From Actinomycetota bacterium (GTDB lineage Bacteria > Actinomycetota > Thermoleophilia > Gaiellales > F1-60-MAGs149): a stretch of 48,843 bases of DNA. The translations under genes were made by a program, and so were the position numbers. Below, one piece after another: positions 15,786 to 24,449 of the stretch (position 1 is the first letter of the stretch; every line of letters starts with the position of its first letter). The stretch covers positions 1 to 48,843 of the forward strand of contig CANJXE010000001.1 in NCBI GenBank assembly GCA_947478745.1. The letters are read 5' to 3'. The notes under the pieces are model-generated. The model was not told the DNA's origin. It did not search any database and saw nothing but the letters and a program-made list of their open reading frames with translations.

Positions 15786-16112
15786 CTACGTGATGTTGAG
15801 CGAGATGACGGAGTTGCCGATCAGGATGGCAAGGACCGAGCCGAGCAGCCAGCCCATCACGGCGATGATCAGACCGATCTTGCCGATGCGATCACGGTCG
15901 CCGGCAATGGACAGGCCGAGCATGGCGAAGCCGATGGCGAAGAAGCCGATGATCATCGGCGCGCACCAGAGCGAGACGACGCCCAGCCCGCAGGCCAGGC
16001 CGGACAGCAGCGCGGAGGCCGACTGGGTGCCGGTGTCACGACCCTCGAGCTTGCGCTCGGCGTAGTCGATCTGCGTCATCGGGGTGGCGATGGATTCGTT
16101 GTCTGCGCTCAT
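15786..16112 (-). CDS. Small integral membrane protein (DUF4190-like, Gly-rich helices)
   Basis: ATG at 16112 (MSADNESIATP...). Helices include LLSGLACGLGVVSLWCAPMIIGFFAIGFAMLGL. Its TAG stop directly abuts the GTG start of the enolase-like gene. Confidence 0.6.
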   Translation of the reverse strand: MSADNESIATPMTQIDYAERKLEGRDTGTQSASALLSGLACGLGVVSLWCAPMIIGFFAIGFAMLGLSIAGDRDRIGKIGLIIAVMGWLLGSVLAILIGNSVISLNIT

Positions 16113-16307
16113 CAGGTGCCGTGCTCCTCCAGATCCTGCCGCGATTCCGGCGTGCCGAGAGCATACCGCGTCCGGTGCCAAGCGCCAGCGCCAGCCTGCG
16201 CGAACCTCGTAGCGATGCATACGATGTTGCGGGTCGTCCGGAGATGGCGATAGGATTCCCCCGATGTACGGCTACCTCGACATGCCCCTGCGAAAGGCGA
16301 CCACCCG

Positions 16308-17063
16308 GTGAAGACCCTCTCGGTCCTGCCCCTTGTGATCCTGGGGACCATCGTCGGAGCCGTGATCGGCGTCGCGCTGGTCATGCTCGAGACGCTCCCG
16401 GAGCAGGCCTCCGCCCAGGCCGCTGGCATCGACAACCTGTACTCGGCTTTCCTCTTCGTCTCGGGCATCATCTTCGGCATCGTGGTGCTGGTCATGCTGG
16501 TCGCGCTGTTCCGCTTCCGCGCCCGTCCCAACGACACGCGCGACGGTTCCAACCTGCACGGCGTCACGTGGCTCGAGGTCGTCTGGACCGCGATTCCCTT
16601 CGTCCTCGTCCTCGCCGTCGCCTTCTTCAGCTGGAACCTGCTGAACGACAACGACGTCAGTGCCGCCGCGGCCAAGGATTGTCAGAGCATCCACATCACC
16701 GGCTACCAGTGCGGCGGGAAGTACACGTACCTCAACGACGGCATCGGCATCAAGGACAGCCCCGAGCTGGTCGTGCCGGTCAACGTGCCGATCGCCTTCG
16801 ATATCACCACGATGGACGTCATGCACTCGTTCTGGGTGCCCGCCTGGCGGCTGCAGATGGGCGCGACGCCGGCGCAGACCAACTACACGTCGGCCACACC
16901 GAGCAAGATCGGCGAGTTCGACATCGTCTGCGCCTTCCTCTGCGGCGTGGGTCACACGCAGATGAACTCCGCCGTCGAGGGTGCGCTCGTCAGCAAGGTC
17001 CGCGTCGTCTCGCAGGCCGACTTCGACAAGTGGGTCGCCGAGACCAAGGCGGCCGCAGCATGA
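16308..17063 (+). CDS. ctaC: Cytochrome c oxidase subunit II (CuA-containing)
   Basis: Two N-terminal TM helices. The CuA pattern is H-x34-C-x-F-x-C-x3-H-x2-M (MHSFWVP...DIVCAFLCGVGHTQM). Confidence 0.9.
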   Translation: MKTLSVLPLVILGTIVGAVIGVALVMLETLPEQASAQAAGIDNLYSAFLFVSGIIFGIVVLVMLVALFRFRARPNDTRDGSNLHGVTWLEVVWTAIPFVLVLAVAFFSWNLLNDNDVSAAAAKDCQSIHITGYQCGGKYTYLNDGIGIKDSPELVVPVNVPIAFDITTMDVMHSFWVPAWRLQMGATPAQTNYTSATPSKIGEFDIVCAFLCGVGHTQMNSAVEGALVSKVRVVSQADFDKWVAETKAAAA

Positions 17064-17109
17064 TCACGCACCATCTTCCGATCGAACTGACCCGGGGAGG
17101 GTTTGCCCG

Positions 17110-18981
17110 ATGACCTCCGTCCTGCGCCCCACGCTCGCGCGCTGCCTCTGGACGACACCGCTGTTCGCGGCGCTCGCCGTCTTCGTCACGTTCGTGGCCC
17201 GCTCGATCTTCGACATGCAGCCCGTGATGCAGGAGAACACGTTCCTGACCGTCGCCTACATCTTCGGCGCGATCGGCTTCATCGTCGGCATCGGCGGCAT
17301 GGACTACTGGTTCTCCTGGATCATCGGCGGCGAGCTCGACGAGAACGACCACTCGCAGCACGGCGCGCACTCGTGGCGCGACTACTTCAAGTTCAACACC
17401 GATCACAAGGTGATCGGTATCCAGTACATCGTCTTCACCTTCATCATGTATCTGGTCGGCGGCATGTTCGCCGAGGTCTTCCGCGCCGAGCTCGCCAAGC
17501 CCGGCATGCAGTCGATCAGCAACGGCCAGTACAACGAGCTGATCTCGTCGCACGGCACGATCATGATCTTCACCTTCATGGTGCCGATCTTCGCCGGCAT
17601 CGGCAACTACGTCATCCCGCTGATGATCGGCGCGGACGACATGGCCTTCCCGCGCCTCAACGCCGTCTCCTTCTGGCTCCTGCCTCTGGCCGGCATCATC
17701 CTGCTGTCGGCCTGGCTCTACGGGTCGTACAACACGGGCTGGACGGCATACCCGACGCTGCAGGATCAGAGCCCCTTCGGCCAGACGCTGTTCCAGATCG
17801 GCGTGATCATCGCCGGCAGCTCGTCGATCGCCACCGCGGTCAACTTCCTGGTCACGATCATCGCGATGCGCGCCCCGGGCATGACCCTGTTCCGCATGCC
17901 GCTGCTGTGCTGGGCCAACCTGGCCACCTCGGCGCTCGTCGTCGCCGCCACGCCGTTCGTCGCCGGCGCCATGTTCATGGCGATGTTCGACCGTGAGATG
18001 GGCACGCACTTCTTCACCACCGACGGTGGCGGTACCGCCTTGGCGTACCAGCACATCTTCTGGTTCTACTCGCACCCAGCCGTGTACATCATGGTCCTGC
18101 CCGGATTCGGCATCATCAGCGAGGTGATCGCCACGCATGCGCGCAAGCCGGTCTTCGGCTACCGCGCCGTCGCCTTCTCGTCCGCCGGCATCGCCGTCCT
18201 CGGCTTCTCCGTGTGGGCGCACCACATGTTCGCCTCGGGCATGCAGTCCTGGCTGCGCGTGCCGATCATGTTCGCCACCCTGCTGATCGCGGTGCCGACC
18301 GGCATCAAGATCTTCTCCTGGGTCGGCACCCTCTGGGGCGGCGTCATCCGCATGACGACGGCCAACCTGTTCGCTATCGGGTTCATCGTCGCCTTCGTCA
18401 TCGGCGGTCTCTCGGGCGTCATGCTCGCGGCCGTGCCGTTCGACCTGTCGATCACGAACTCCTACTTCATCGTCGCGCACTTCCACTACGTGCTCTTCGG
18501 CGGCTCCGTCCTGACGGTCTTCGCCGGCCTCTACCACTGGTTCCCGAAGGTGACCGGGCGCATGTACGACGAGAAGCTCGGCAAGTGGCACTTCTGGCTC
18601 ACCTTCATCGCGCTCAACGGCACGTTCTTCCCCATGCACTACCAGGGGCTCGAGGGCATGCCGCGTCGCGTGGCCGATTACGCGCCCCAGTTCGCCTGGA
18701 GCAACACGGTGATCACGATCTCCGCCTTCGTCCTCGGGGCCAGCACGCTGATCTTCGTCTACAACATGATCCATTCGGTGCGGCACGGTGCCAAGGCCGG
18801 CGCGAACCCTTGGGGCTCGCTCACGCTCGAGTGGCAGGTCTCCTCGCCCCCGCCGATCTTCAACTTCCCGACCACGCCGCGCGTCGTCGGCGGCCCGTAT
18901 CGCTACGGCGAGGAGGGCGTCAAGCACGCCGTCTTCCCGGACGAGCAGCCCGTCGAGACGGAGACGACGGTCGGCGCATAG
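17110..18981 (+). CDS. ctaD: Cytochrome c oxidase subunit I with an N-terminal two-helix extension
   Basis: RBS GGGGAGG precedes ATG 17110. Canonical blocks are TDHKVIGIQY, MAFPRLN, WTAYPTL, HIFWFYSHPAVYI and FIVAHFHYVLFGG. Confidence 0.95.
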   Translation: MTSVLRPTLARCLWTTPLFAALAVFVTFVARSIFDMQPVMQENTFLTVAYIFGAIGFIVGIGGMDYWFSWIIGGELDENDHSQHGAHSWRDYFKFNTDHKVIGIQYIVFTFIMYLVGGMFAEVFRAELAKPGMQSISNGQYNELISSHGTIMIFTFMVPIFAGIGNYVIPLMIGADDMAFPRLNAVSFWLLPLAGIILLSAWLYGSYNTGWTAYPTLQDQSPFGQTLFQIGVIIAGSSSIATAVNFLVTIIAMRAPGMTLFRMPLLCWANLATSALVVAATPFVAGAMFMAMFDREMGTHFFTTDGGGTALAYQHIFWFYSHPAVYIMVLPGFGIISEVIATHARKPVFGYRAVAFSSAGIAVLGFSVWAHHMFASGMQSWLRVPIMFATLLIAVPTGIKIFSWVGTLWGGVIRMTTANLFAIGFIVAFVIGGLSGVMLAAVPFDLSITNSYFIVAHFHYVLFGGSVLTVFAGLYHWFPKVTGRMYDEKLGKWHFWLTFIALNGTFFPMHYQGLEGMPRRVADYAPQFAWSNTVITISAFVLGASTLIFVYNMIHSVRHGAKAGANPWGSLTLEWQVSSPPPIFNFPTTPRVVGGPYRYGEEGVKHAVFPDEQPVETETTVGA

Positions 18982-18990
18982 CGCCGACCG
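18968..18990 (+). other. Perfect 10-bp hairpin spanning the ctaD stop codon
   Basis: cggtcggcgc-ata-gcgccgaccg. The TAG stop (18979-18981) straddles the loop and 3' arm. The ctaE RBS GAGGAG follows. Confidence 0.35.
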
Positions 18991-19007
18991 CATAGAGGAG
19001 CACCCAC

Positions 19008-19604
19008 ATGGCCGCCGCTGACGTCACCGCACCCAAGATCCAGCCCTACCGGACGAATCTCAACGTCTGCGTGATGGGACTGATCATCTTCCTAGTCTCC
19101 GAGCTCGCACTGTTCGGCGCGTTCTTCATGTACTACGCGAACCTGCGCCTCGCGCGCGGTGTGGCATGGCCGGGCGATTTCGATATCCCGGCCAACAACA
19201 CGTCAATCAACACCCTGATCCTCGTGGTGTCGTCGTTCACCTGCGAGTTCGCCCTGCTGTCGCTGGACAAGTCGGGCAAGGGCGGCCGGGTCTTCGGCTG
19301 GCTGTTCGTCACCTTCGCACTCGGTGCGGTGTTCCTGGGCCTGCAGGTCCACGAGTACATGACGGTCGGCTTCACGCCGCAGACCACGTCGGTCGGCGCG
19401 ATCTTCTTCTGCCTGACCGGTCTGCACGGCCTGCACGTGTTCATCGGTCTCCTGCTGCTCGGTCTGGGCATGGTCCGGGCGGTGCGCGGACGCTGGTCAC
19501 CCGACAACCACGTCGGCCTGCTCGGCATCAGCGTGTACTGGCACTTCGTGGACATCGTCTGGGTCGTGCTGTTCACCGTCGTGTACTGCCTGCCCAGCAG
19601 CTGA
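19008..19604 (+). CDS. ctaE: Cytochrome c oxidase subunit III
   Basis: Five TM helices with the subunit III C-terminal pattern LTGLHGLHVFIGLLLL...YWHFVDIVWVVLF. Confidence 0.9.
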   Translation: MAAADVTAPKIQPYRTNLNVCVMGLIIFLVSELALFGAFFMYYANLRLARGVAWPGDFDIPANNTSINTLILVVSSFTCEFALLSLDKSGKGGRVFGWLFVTFALGAVFLGLQVHEYMTVGFTPQTTSVGAIFFCLTGLHGLHVFIGLLLLGLGMVRAVRGRWSPDNHVGLLGISVYWHFVDIVWVVLFTVVYCLPSS

Positions 19605-19624
19605 TCCGGGAGGGATGACCCAGG

Positions 19625-20272
19625 ATGGTCATCTGGGTCCTCACGCACCTCCCCCACATCGTTCCGCCGATCATCGCGTTCGTGTTTCTTGCGCGCCTTG
19701 CTCTGTGGGCTGCGGCCCAGCCGCCGTCGCACTACACGGACGAGCAGGTCGAGGAGTGGAACCGCGAGCGTGCGGCGGAGCAGCGGCTGCAGAAGGCGCC
19801 GGTCCGCCGCCGCACGGCGCTGATGGGCGTGATCGCACTGGGGCCGATCGTCCTGGCCTTCGCCACCGGGCTCTGGATCTACACGCTGGCGTTGCGCAGC
19901 TCGGCGTCGCCGGACTGGCTGATCTGGTTCCACGTGGCCACCAGCGCGGTCGGTCTGATCGTAGTGACAGCCAAGTCGCTCGAGCTGGGCTGGCGGCGGA
20001 TCCTGCGGCGTGTTCAGGCCAAGCGGCCCCAGGACGCGATTGCGTCACTGACGATGCTCGGCCTCGGCGTGCCGATCGCGCTGACCGGCGTGCTGATGCT
20101 CTTCCGTCCCTCCGGCGGGGCGTTCACCGGCGTGGACTACCTGCACCTCGTCACCGGCGTCTGGTGGGCGATCATCGTGCAGTGGCACCTGTTCCGCTAT
20201 CTGGGCAGGGCGATGCGCGCGGTCTCGGCGGGCGCAGCTGCTGCTGCGTCTTCGTCTGAGCCTGCCGCCTGA
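19625..20272 (+). CDS. Polytopic membrane protein of unknown function in the oxidase cluster
   Basis: 215 aa with about 5 hydrophobic helices, several carrying His (HLPHIV, WFHVATS, YLHLVTG, QWHLF). Good GC3 except in the last roughly 25 codons. Confidence 0.6.
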   Translation: MVIWVLTHLPHIVPPIIAFVFLARLALWAAAQPPSHYTDEQVEEWNRERAAEQRLQKAPVRRRTALMGVIALGPIVLAFATGLWIYTLALRSSASPDWLIWFHVATSAVGLIVVTAKSLELGWRRILRRVQAKRPQDAIASLTMLGLGVPIALTGVLMLFRPSGGAFTGVDYLHLVTGVWWAIIVQWHLFRYLGRAMRAVSAGAAAAASSSEPAA

Positions 20273-20631
20273 TCCGTGCGGAGTGCGAGGGCCTCGACGA
20301 CGAGGCGGTGCGTGACGGAGCGCGCTACGGCCGCATCGCCGGTGCGCGCGAGCACCACGGCCCAGAGCTCATCGAACAGCGCCGGAATGCGGACCGCGGC
20401 GACCGAGGTGCGCAGGAGCTCCTCCCCGCTGTGGTGCCCAAGCTCGTGGGCGGCGAGGGTGAGCAGGCAGCCCTCAGAGTCGTCGGTGCCCCAGGAGCCG
20501 CCGGTCAGGCGATCCTGATCGCGCTCGAGCGCCCGTCCGATCGCAGACACCACATCGCCGTCGAGCCGAGCCAGCTCGGTGCGCAGTGCGAGGCGCAGAT
20601 CGTCCTCGCGGGATGGCAGGTTGCCGTGCAC
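20197..20631 (-). CDS. Hypothetical soluble protein (144 aa)
   Basis: This is the only coding-looking (high GC3) part of the 962-aa shadow ORF 20197-23085. The candidate start is GTG at 20631 (VHGNLPSREDDLRL...). It contains AAHELGHH. Its 3' end overlaps the convergent gene 19625-20272 by 76 nt. Confidence 0.45.
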   Translation of the reverse strand: MHGNLPSREDDLRLALRTELARLDGDVVSAIGRALERDQDRLTGGSWGTDDSEGCLLTLAAHELGHHSGEELLRTSVAAVRIPALFDELWAVVLARTGDAAVARSVTHRLVVEALALRTDQAAGSDEDAAAAAPAETARIALPR

Positions 20632-20655
20632 ACGCCCAATGGTAGCCTGCGAAGC

Positions 20656-20868
20656 ATGCCCGGACTGCTTTCGCCCATGCGCGCGTTGCTGCTCGGCGGG
20701 ATCGGCCTGCTCTGCCAGGTCGTGGCGCTGCTGCCACCCGTCGACAACGCGGTCAACACCAACGCCGCGATCCACTACCTGCAACACGGCATCATCTTCG
20801 GCGGCGGTATCTGCATGGGCATCGCGCTTCGCGACCTGCTCGTGATGAGCCGCCAAGCCGGACGCTGA
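20656..20868 (+). CDS. Small two-TM membrane protein (70 aa, hypothetical)
   Basis: ATG 20656 (MPGLLSPMRALLLGGIGLLCQVVALL...HGIIFGGGICMGIAL) with high GC3. The upstream part of ORF 20308-20868 is antisense to the previous gene and is rejected. Confidence 0.5.
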   Translation: MPGLLSPMRALLLGGIGLLCQVVALLPPVDNAVNTNAAIHYLQHGIIFGGGICMGIALRDLLVMSRQAGR

Positions 20869-20934
20869 TCGTCGGCTCAGTGTCCTCGGATACGATCCCT
20901 CACGTGCGCGCCCTTCCCTCCGGAATCGATCCTC

Positions 20935-21855
20935 GTGGCCGCTGAGCCCGTAGCCGTCCGGCAGCCGTCGGTTGCGCTCGATTACTTCGAGCTGACCAAG
21001 CCGAGCGTGATGGTCCTCCTGCTCGTCACGATGGTCGGCGCGATGGTGTGGGCCGAGAACGGCATTCCCCCGCTCTGGCTGCTGGGCGCCGCGCTGCTCG
21101 GCATGGGCCTCACCTCGGGGGGTGCCAGTGCCATCAACCACGCGCTCGATCGCGATCTCGACGTGCGCATGGAGCGCACGCGTCGTCGCCCCGTAGCGGC
21201 AGGTCGCATCGCACCGCGTCCCGCGATCCTCTACGGCATCGTCCTGTCGGTCCTGGGGATCCTGGTCCTGGTCTTCCTGACGGGGCAGCCGCTGGCTGCG
21301 CTGATGGCGCTGATCGGCAACCTCTTCTACGTCTTCGTCTACACGATCTGGCTCAAGCGCCGCACGCCGCAGAACATCGTCATCGGCGGTGCCGCTGGGG
21401 CAATGCCACCGCTCGTCGGCTGGGCGGCGGTGACCGGGGAGATCGGGTGGCCTGCGCTGATCATGTTCGGCGTCATCTTCCTGTGGACCCCGCCCCACTT
21501 CTGGGCGCTGGCGATCGTGAAGTTCGACGACTACGCTGACGCCGGCGTGCCGATGCTGCCGAACGTGGCGGGAATCCGCTCGACGACGCTGCAGATGATC
21601 GTCTACACGATCATCCTGATCCTCTTCTCCCTGCTCCCGCTGCCGCTGGCCTGGGTCGGCGTGACGGGTGAGGTGCTCGGGCCGCTGTACGGAGTGCTGG
21701 CGCTGGTGCTCGGTCTGCGCTTCCTGCAGTTCACGCTGCGGTTGCATCGCGCCGACGGCGATATCGACATCGCGCGCGAGACGTTCCGCTTCTCGCTCCT
21801 GTACCTCGCGGGCATCTTCTTCGCGATGGCACTCGACCGCGTTCTGCTCGGCTAG
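20935..21855 (+). CDS. ctaB: Protoheme IX farnesyltransferase (heme O synthase)
   Basis: UbiA-family motifs NHALDRDLDVRMERTRRRP and YTIWLKRRTP...GGAAGAMPPLVGW...WTPPHFWAL. Confidence 0.9.
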   Translation: MAAEPVAVRQPSVALDYFELTKPSVMVLLLVTMVGAMVWAENGIPPLWLLGAALLGMGLTSGGASAINHALDRDLDVRMERTRRRPVAAGRIAPRPAILYGIVLSVLGILVLVFLTGQPLAALMALIGNLFYVFVYTIWLKRRTPQNIVIGGAAGAMPPLVGWAAVTGEIGWPALIMFGVIFLWTPPHFWALAIVKFDDYADAGVPMLPNVAGIRSTTLQMIVYTIILILFSLLPLPLAWVGVTGEVLGPLYGVLALVLGLRFLQFTLRLHRADGDIDIARETFRFSLLYLAGIFFAMALDRVLLG

Positions 21856-21864
21856 GACCACGAC

Positions 21865-23079
21865 GTGGCCGTCAGCCGTCCTGTGTCGCCGCGACGCCTG
21901 ACGGCGCTCGTCTCGAGCCTGATCTTCCTGGACATGATCACCTGGCTGGCCGCCGTGCCGCTGGTGCCCGTCTGGCAGAAAGAGTTCGGCCTGTCGGATG
22001 ACGAGTCGGGCCTGATCCTCGGCATCTACAGCTTCGCGGTGCTGCTGTGTGCGATTCCCGCCGGCTACCTGGCCGATCGCTTCGGCGCGCGGCGCATGAC
22101 GCTGATCGGCGCCTCGCTGTTCATCCTCGCCGCGCCGGCGATCGCGTTTGCCGACACCTTCTGGCTGCTCGTCCTCGTGCGCGTGGTCCAGGGCGCCTGC
22201 TCGGCGATCACGTGGTCGGCGGGCCTCGCCTGGCTGGGCGGAGCCGTCGGCGACGACTATCGACCCCGTGGACTCTCGATCGCGAACGCCACTGCGACCG
22301 TGGGCACCATCGCCGGGCCGCTGCTCGGCGGCCCGATCGTCTCGCATGTCGGTCTCGGCGTCGCCTTCGGCGTGCTCGGTGGGCTGGTGGGCATCGTCGT
22401 GATCTGGGCGCTGTTCGAGCCCGGTGGCGAGCGCCACCCCGTGACGCACCACGAGCGGCAGGGCCCCTTCGAGTCGTTGCGGCGGGCGGCCAAGCCCGGG
22501 CGCATCCAGATCGGCTTCGTCGCGATCGCCTTCGTGGCGCTGATGATGGCCGCGCTGCAGCTGCTCGCGCCGCTGCACTTCGATGCCGCGGGGCTGTCCT
22601 CCGCGACGATCGGCTGGATCTTCACGGTGGGCAGCGCGTTCTCCGTGCTCTCCATCCTCGTCGTGGCGCGGCTCGGGCGGCGTCTCAATCAGACGCGCGC
22701 GCTCGTGGTGCTCCCCATCATCTGCGGCGGCCTGGTCATGCTGATGATGATTCCGCTCGGCATCCCCTGGTACGGATTCCTGCTGATCGCCGCGATGTGC
22801 CTGGCCTCCCCTATCTTCACGATCTCGTACGCGGCCTGTGCCGACGGGGCCCGGGACGAGCAGATCGGCGAGGGCGGGGTCTTCGGCATGCTCAACGCCG
22901 TCTGGGCCGTCGGCTCGCTGCTGGCGCCGATCATCGCCGGGTTCATCTCCCAGCAGGGGCCCTCGTGGGTCATGTACGCGCTGGTCGGCGTCCTCAGCGT
23001 CCTGGTCATGTTCGTGCTCCGCCGCTCCGAGGCGGTCGTGACGGCCGCCAGTCGCGCCGGGTACGATCCCCTGCAGTGA
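21865..23079 (+). CDS. MFS transporter
   Basis: About 12 TM helices and the MFS loop motif GYLADRFGARRM. Confidence 0.85.
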   Translation: MAVSRPVSPRRLTALVSSLIFLDMITWLAAVPLVPVWQKEFGLSDDESGLILGIYSFAVLLCAIPAGYLADRFGARRMTLIGASLFILAAPAIAFADTFWLLVLVRVVQGACSAITWSAGLAWLGGAVGDDYRPRGLSIANATATVGTIAGPLLGGPIVSHVGLGVAFGVLGGLVGIVVIWALFEPGGERHPVTHHERQGPFESLRRAAKPGRIQIGFVAIAFVALMMAALQLLAPLHFDAAGLSSATIGWIFTVGSAFSVLSILVVARLGRRLNQTRALVVLPIICGGLVMLMMIPLGIPWYGFLLIAAMCLASPIFTISYAACADGARDEQIGEGGVFGMLNAVWAVGSLLAPIIAGFISQQGPSWVMYALVGVLSVLVMFVLRRSEAVVTAASRAGYDPLQ

Positions 23080-24449
23080 GTGCACGCGTACGAGCAGCTG
23101 GCGAGGTGGCCCGAGTCGCGGGCGCCCTGTCGCGTGCTGCGGGCCGTGGCGGCGGGACGACGCTGCCGGGCCACGTCTTCCTGCGTCTGGCGCCCAACGG
23201 CCTGACGGGCCTCGCGGAGGGGCTGCCCGACGGCATCGTCGCCGTCAGCGCGACCAACGGCAAGACGACGACATCCGCCATGCTCTCGCACATCCTCGGG
23301 GCAGATCGGCTGGTCTGCCGGAACGCGGCCGGCGCCAACCTGATGTCCGGCGTTGTCTCCACGCTGCTGACACGCCCGCCCGAGGCCGTGGTGGGCGTGC
23401 TGGAGATCGATGAGGCCGCGCTCCCTGCCGTGGTGGCGCAGGTGCGCCCGCGGGTCATGGCCCTCGGCAACCTCTTCCGGGATCAGCTCGACCGCCACGG
23501 CGAGCTCGAGCTGGTCGCGGACCGCTGGCGCGCGATGATCGCGGAGCTGCCGGCCGAGACGACCCTGGTCCTCTGCGCTGACGATCCGGTCATCGACGCG
23601 CTGGCCGGTGATCGCGCCCAAGTGGTCCGCTACGGCATCGATGACCCGTCCGTCGCCCTGGCTGAGCGCGACGAGGCCGCCGACTCCACGTTCTGCGTGC
23701 GCTGCGGCGCCGCCTACGTCTACGACGCCGTGTACCTGGGCCACCTCGGCGGCTATCGCTGTCCCAACGGCGACCACGAGCGCGGCGCGCTCAACGTTGC
23801 TGCTCGCGCGGTGCGGCCTCAGGGCCTGCAGGGGACGCAGTTCCGCGTCGATGCCCCCGATGGCTCCAGCGAGGTGATGCTGCCCCTCCCCGGTCTCTAC
23901 AACGTCGAGAACGCGCTGGCTGCGATCGCCGCCGCCCACGTCCTCGGGGTTCCCACCGCCGTTGCCGCCCAGCGACTGGCCTCGTTCACCGCCGCGTTCG
24001 GCCGCTTCGAGCGCATCGCGATCGAGGGCCGCGAGGCGGTGCTGATCCTCTTCAAGAACCCGACCGGTGCCAACGAGGCGCTGCGGGCGATCGCGCCTGA
24101 CATCCACGGTGCGCGCATCGTCCTCGCCCTCAACGATCGCATCGCGGACGGACGCGACGTCAGCTGGATCTGGGACATCGATCTCGAGGGCATGCTGGAC
24201 CCTGCGGAGGCCATCGTCTGCAGCGGTACCCGTGCCACGGAGCTCGCGATGCGACTGCGCTACGCGGATATTCCGCTGCACCGGATCGAGCGCACGGGCG
24301 ACGTCGCCGCGGCCTTCGACGGCGCGGTCGCCGGTGCCCCGCCGGGAGGACGCGTCTACGTCCTCGCGACCTACACGGCCATGCTCGACCTGCACCGCGT
24401 GCTCGCCGATCGCGGGCTGACGGAGCCCTTCTGGGAGGGCAACCGCTGA
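23076..24449 (+). CDS. murT: Lipid II isoglutaminyl synthase subunit MurT (Mur ligase family)
   Basis: GTG 23076 overlaps the MFS stop (GTGA). P-loop VSATNGKTTTSAM and a four-Cys ribbon FCVRCGAAYVY...YRCPNG are present. The C-terminal DUF1727-like region reads DGRDVSWIWD. Confidence 0.85.
   Translation: MSARVRAAGEVARVAGALSRAAGRGGGTTLPGHVFLRLAPNGLTGLAEGLPDGIVAVSATNGKTTTSAMLSHILGADRLVCRNAAGANLMSGVVSTLLTRPPEAVVGVLEIDEAALPAVVAQVRPRVMALGNLFRDQLDRHGELELVADRWRAMIAELPAETTLVLCADDPVIDALAGDRAQVVRYGIDDPSVALAERDEAADSTFCVRCGAAYVYDAVYLGHLGGYRCPNGDHERGALNVAARAVRPQGLQGTQFRVDAPDGSSEVMLPLPGLYNVENALAAIAAAHVLGVPTAVAAQRLASFTAAFGRFERIAIEGREAVLILFKNPTGANEALRAIAPDIHGARIVLALNDRIADGRDVSWIWDIDLEGMLDPAEAIVCSGTRATELAMRLRYADIPLHRIERTGDVAAAFDGAVAGAPPGGRVYVLATYTAMLDLHRVLADRGLTEPFWEGNR

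Noticed and set aside
16113-16307. A riboswitch or other cis-regulatory RNA in the 195-nt region upstream of ctaC, and in the 112-nt rny leader (35068-35179).
   Set aside because: I could recognise no conserved riboswitch core (TPP, SAM, cobalamin, ydaO, glycine and others) by eye. Only weak short hairpins are present. A covariance-model scan would be needed.
16990-18993. A 667-aa minus-strand ORF.
   Set aside because: It is the exact antisense of ctaD, whose identity is unambiguous. The product is Arg/Asp/Glu/His-rich with no recognisable domains.
20400-20440. The HExxH (HELGH) motif in the 144-aa hypothetical, as evidence for a zinc metalloprotease.
   Set aside because: A five-residue motif in a small protein is not sufficient. 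The downstream residues do not fit the metzincin HExxHxxGxxH or the gluzincin pattern. It is mentioned only as a lead.
20197-23085. A 962-aa ORF on the minus strand, the longest in the window.
   Set aside because: It is antisense to ctaB and the MFS transporter, both of which have clear family motifs. Its composition is Arg/Asp/His/Gln-rich with no hydrophobic core, as expected of a high-GC shadow frame. Only the last 144 codons (20197-20631), which lie outside any plus-strand gene body, look coding and were kept as a low-confidence feature.
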